Assembly: GCA_004356455.1 (NCBI GenBank)
Contig: SMWZ01000029.1
Location: 12,897 to 76,896, forward strand
Direction of reading: 5' to 3'
DNA length: 64,000 nucleotides
From: Deltaproteobacteria bacterium
GTDB taxonomy: Bacteria; Myxococcota_A; UBA9160; SZUA-336
Below are positions 63,261-64,000 of this stretch, in pieces. How positions within the stretch are numbered: the first letter of the stretch is position 1; every line of letters starts with the position of its first letter. The notes beneath the pieces were generated by a model. The model was given only the letters and a program-made list of their open reading frames with translations. It did no database searches and was not told the origin of the DNA. A program made the position numbers and the translations under genes.

Positions 63261-63721
63261 CCGAGCCCCCCCGGCAGGACCACACGCCAGAGCAGCTGTC
63301 CCACGACGTTGGCGTAGAGGCCCGCCACCAGGTCGTCGGTCATCACGCCCAGCCCACCGGGCAGGGACTCGGCGGCGCGCGCGGGGGGAGGCTTGGTGAT
63401 GTCGAACACACGAAACAGCAGAAAAGCCACCACCACCACATCGAGTCGACAGGGCAGAAACGCCAGCGACAGCAGCATCCCCGCGACCTCGTCAATCGTG
63501 ATCCGGCCATCGTCGTGCTGGCCAAAGAGGCGCTCGGCGCGCCCGGCCGCCCACACGCCCAGGACCGCGATGCCGCCCACGACCGCCACGTAGGTCGCCC
63601 CGCCCAGGCCCGCTAGCGGCAGGTAGAGAAGCAGCCCCACACCCGAGCCTACCGTGCCCGGAGCGATGGGCGAGTAGCCGGAGCCGGCTCCGGTGGCCAC
63701 GAAGAGAACCAATTTTCTCAT
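63257..63721 (-). CDS. pgpA: Phosphatidylglycerophosphatase A
   Basis: APGTVGS, HD.G.I.IDEVAG, FRVFDI.KP, GG.GVM.DD. Confidence 0.93.
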   Translation of the reverse strand: MRKLVLFVATGAGSGYSPIAPGTVGSGVGLLLYLPLAGLGGATYVAVVGGIAVLGVWAAGRAERLFGQHDDGRITIDEVAGMLLSLAFLPCRLDVVVVAFLLFRVFDITKPPPARAAESLPGGLGVMTDDLVAGLYANVVGQLLWRVVLPGGLG

Positions 63722-63761
63722 TAGATTTCAGGGGTTTCCGCCGATTCCGCCGGTTGTTCCG

Positions 63762-63791
63762 AGCCTAGGTCCCCTCTCCCCCGCCTGTCAA
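63762..63791 (-). promoter_or_regulatory. Sigma70 promoter for pgpA-cinA-thpR-recA
   Basis: Minus strand TTGACA-N18-TAGGCT preceded by T-tracts (UP-like). Confidence 0.6.
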
Positions 63792-63931
63792 GAAAGCGAA
63801 AAAAAACCGAAAAAGCTAGCCCGGCCGCGCGCGCGGTGCCCAGCGTCCACGACCGGGCTGAGCCTTCTCAAGCCGCCCCCTGCAGCAGCCGATGCGCGTC
63901 GCGAGGGACCTTTACGCCCGGGTGTAGCTGC

Positions 63932-64000
63932 ATGACTGAGGCAAGCCTCGAGCAGGAGACCGCGTCTCCGCTGCTCCTCGAGCTGGCACGCGCGCTGCGC
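63932..64000 (+). CDS. Probable CDS start, truncated by window edge
   Basis: ATG then MTEASLEQETASPLLLELARALR open to the end. Confidence 0.4.
   Translation, partial: MTEASLEQETASPLLLELARALR

Noticed and set aside
63816..63862. CTAG followed by AGCCCGG...CCGGGCT inverted repeat as another CTAG element
   Set aside because: Short, no second CTAG and no similarity to the three element types

Overview
High-GC bacterial chromosomal window (roughly two-thirds G+C by eye). Gene content and order (recA-pilT-alaS, DUF1844-ispE-tRNA-Gln-prs, rpsF-rpsR-rplI-dnaB) suggest a Myxococcota/deltaproteobacterial-type organism; this is an inference. Left part (1-41 kb) is accessory/metabolic: a CusCBA-like heavy-metal RND efflux cluster with a divergent SAM methyltransferase behind a MerR-type promoter, lipid/acyl-CoA enzymes, rpiB, class I aldolase, pyk, a CysI-like sulfite reductase, transporters, a GH1 beta-glucosidase, Mrp/ApbC, and three decayed genes (sulfatase, secreted Ca-binding protein, fatty-acid desaturase). 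Right part (41-64 kb) is core housekeeping, mostly on the minus strand: efp, mpl, a serine hydrolase, ldcA, dnaB, rplI, rpsR, rpsF, hppA, pth, rplY, prs, tRNA-Gln, ispE, bamD (+), alaS, pilT, recA, thpR, cinA, pgpA. No CRISPR array, transposase, integrase or prophage was seen. The most striking unexplained structure is a set of three small non-coding, long-hairpin (MITE/REP-like) element types, all bounded by CTAG and mostly sitting at stop or start codons; in one case a second element is nested at the exact centre of a 168-bp element. Also notable: recurrent -10 hexamers 6-8 nt before start codons (leaderless genes), an EF-P with Asn at the loop tip (PGNK), a Myxococcus-type LexA box downstream of recA, and ispE reading into tRNA-Gln. 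All product calls come from motif recognition, not database searches.
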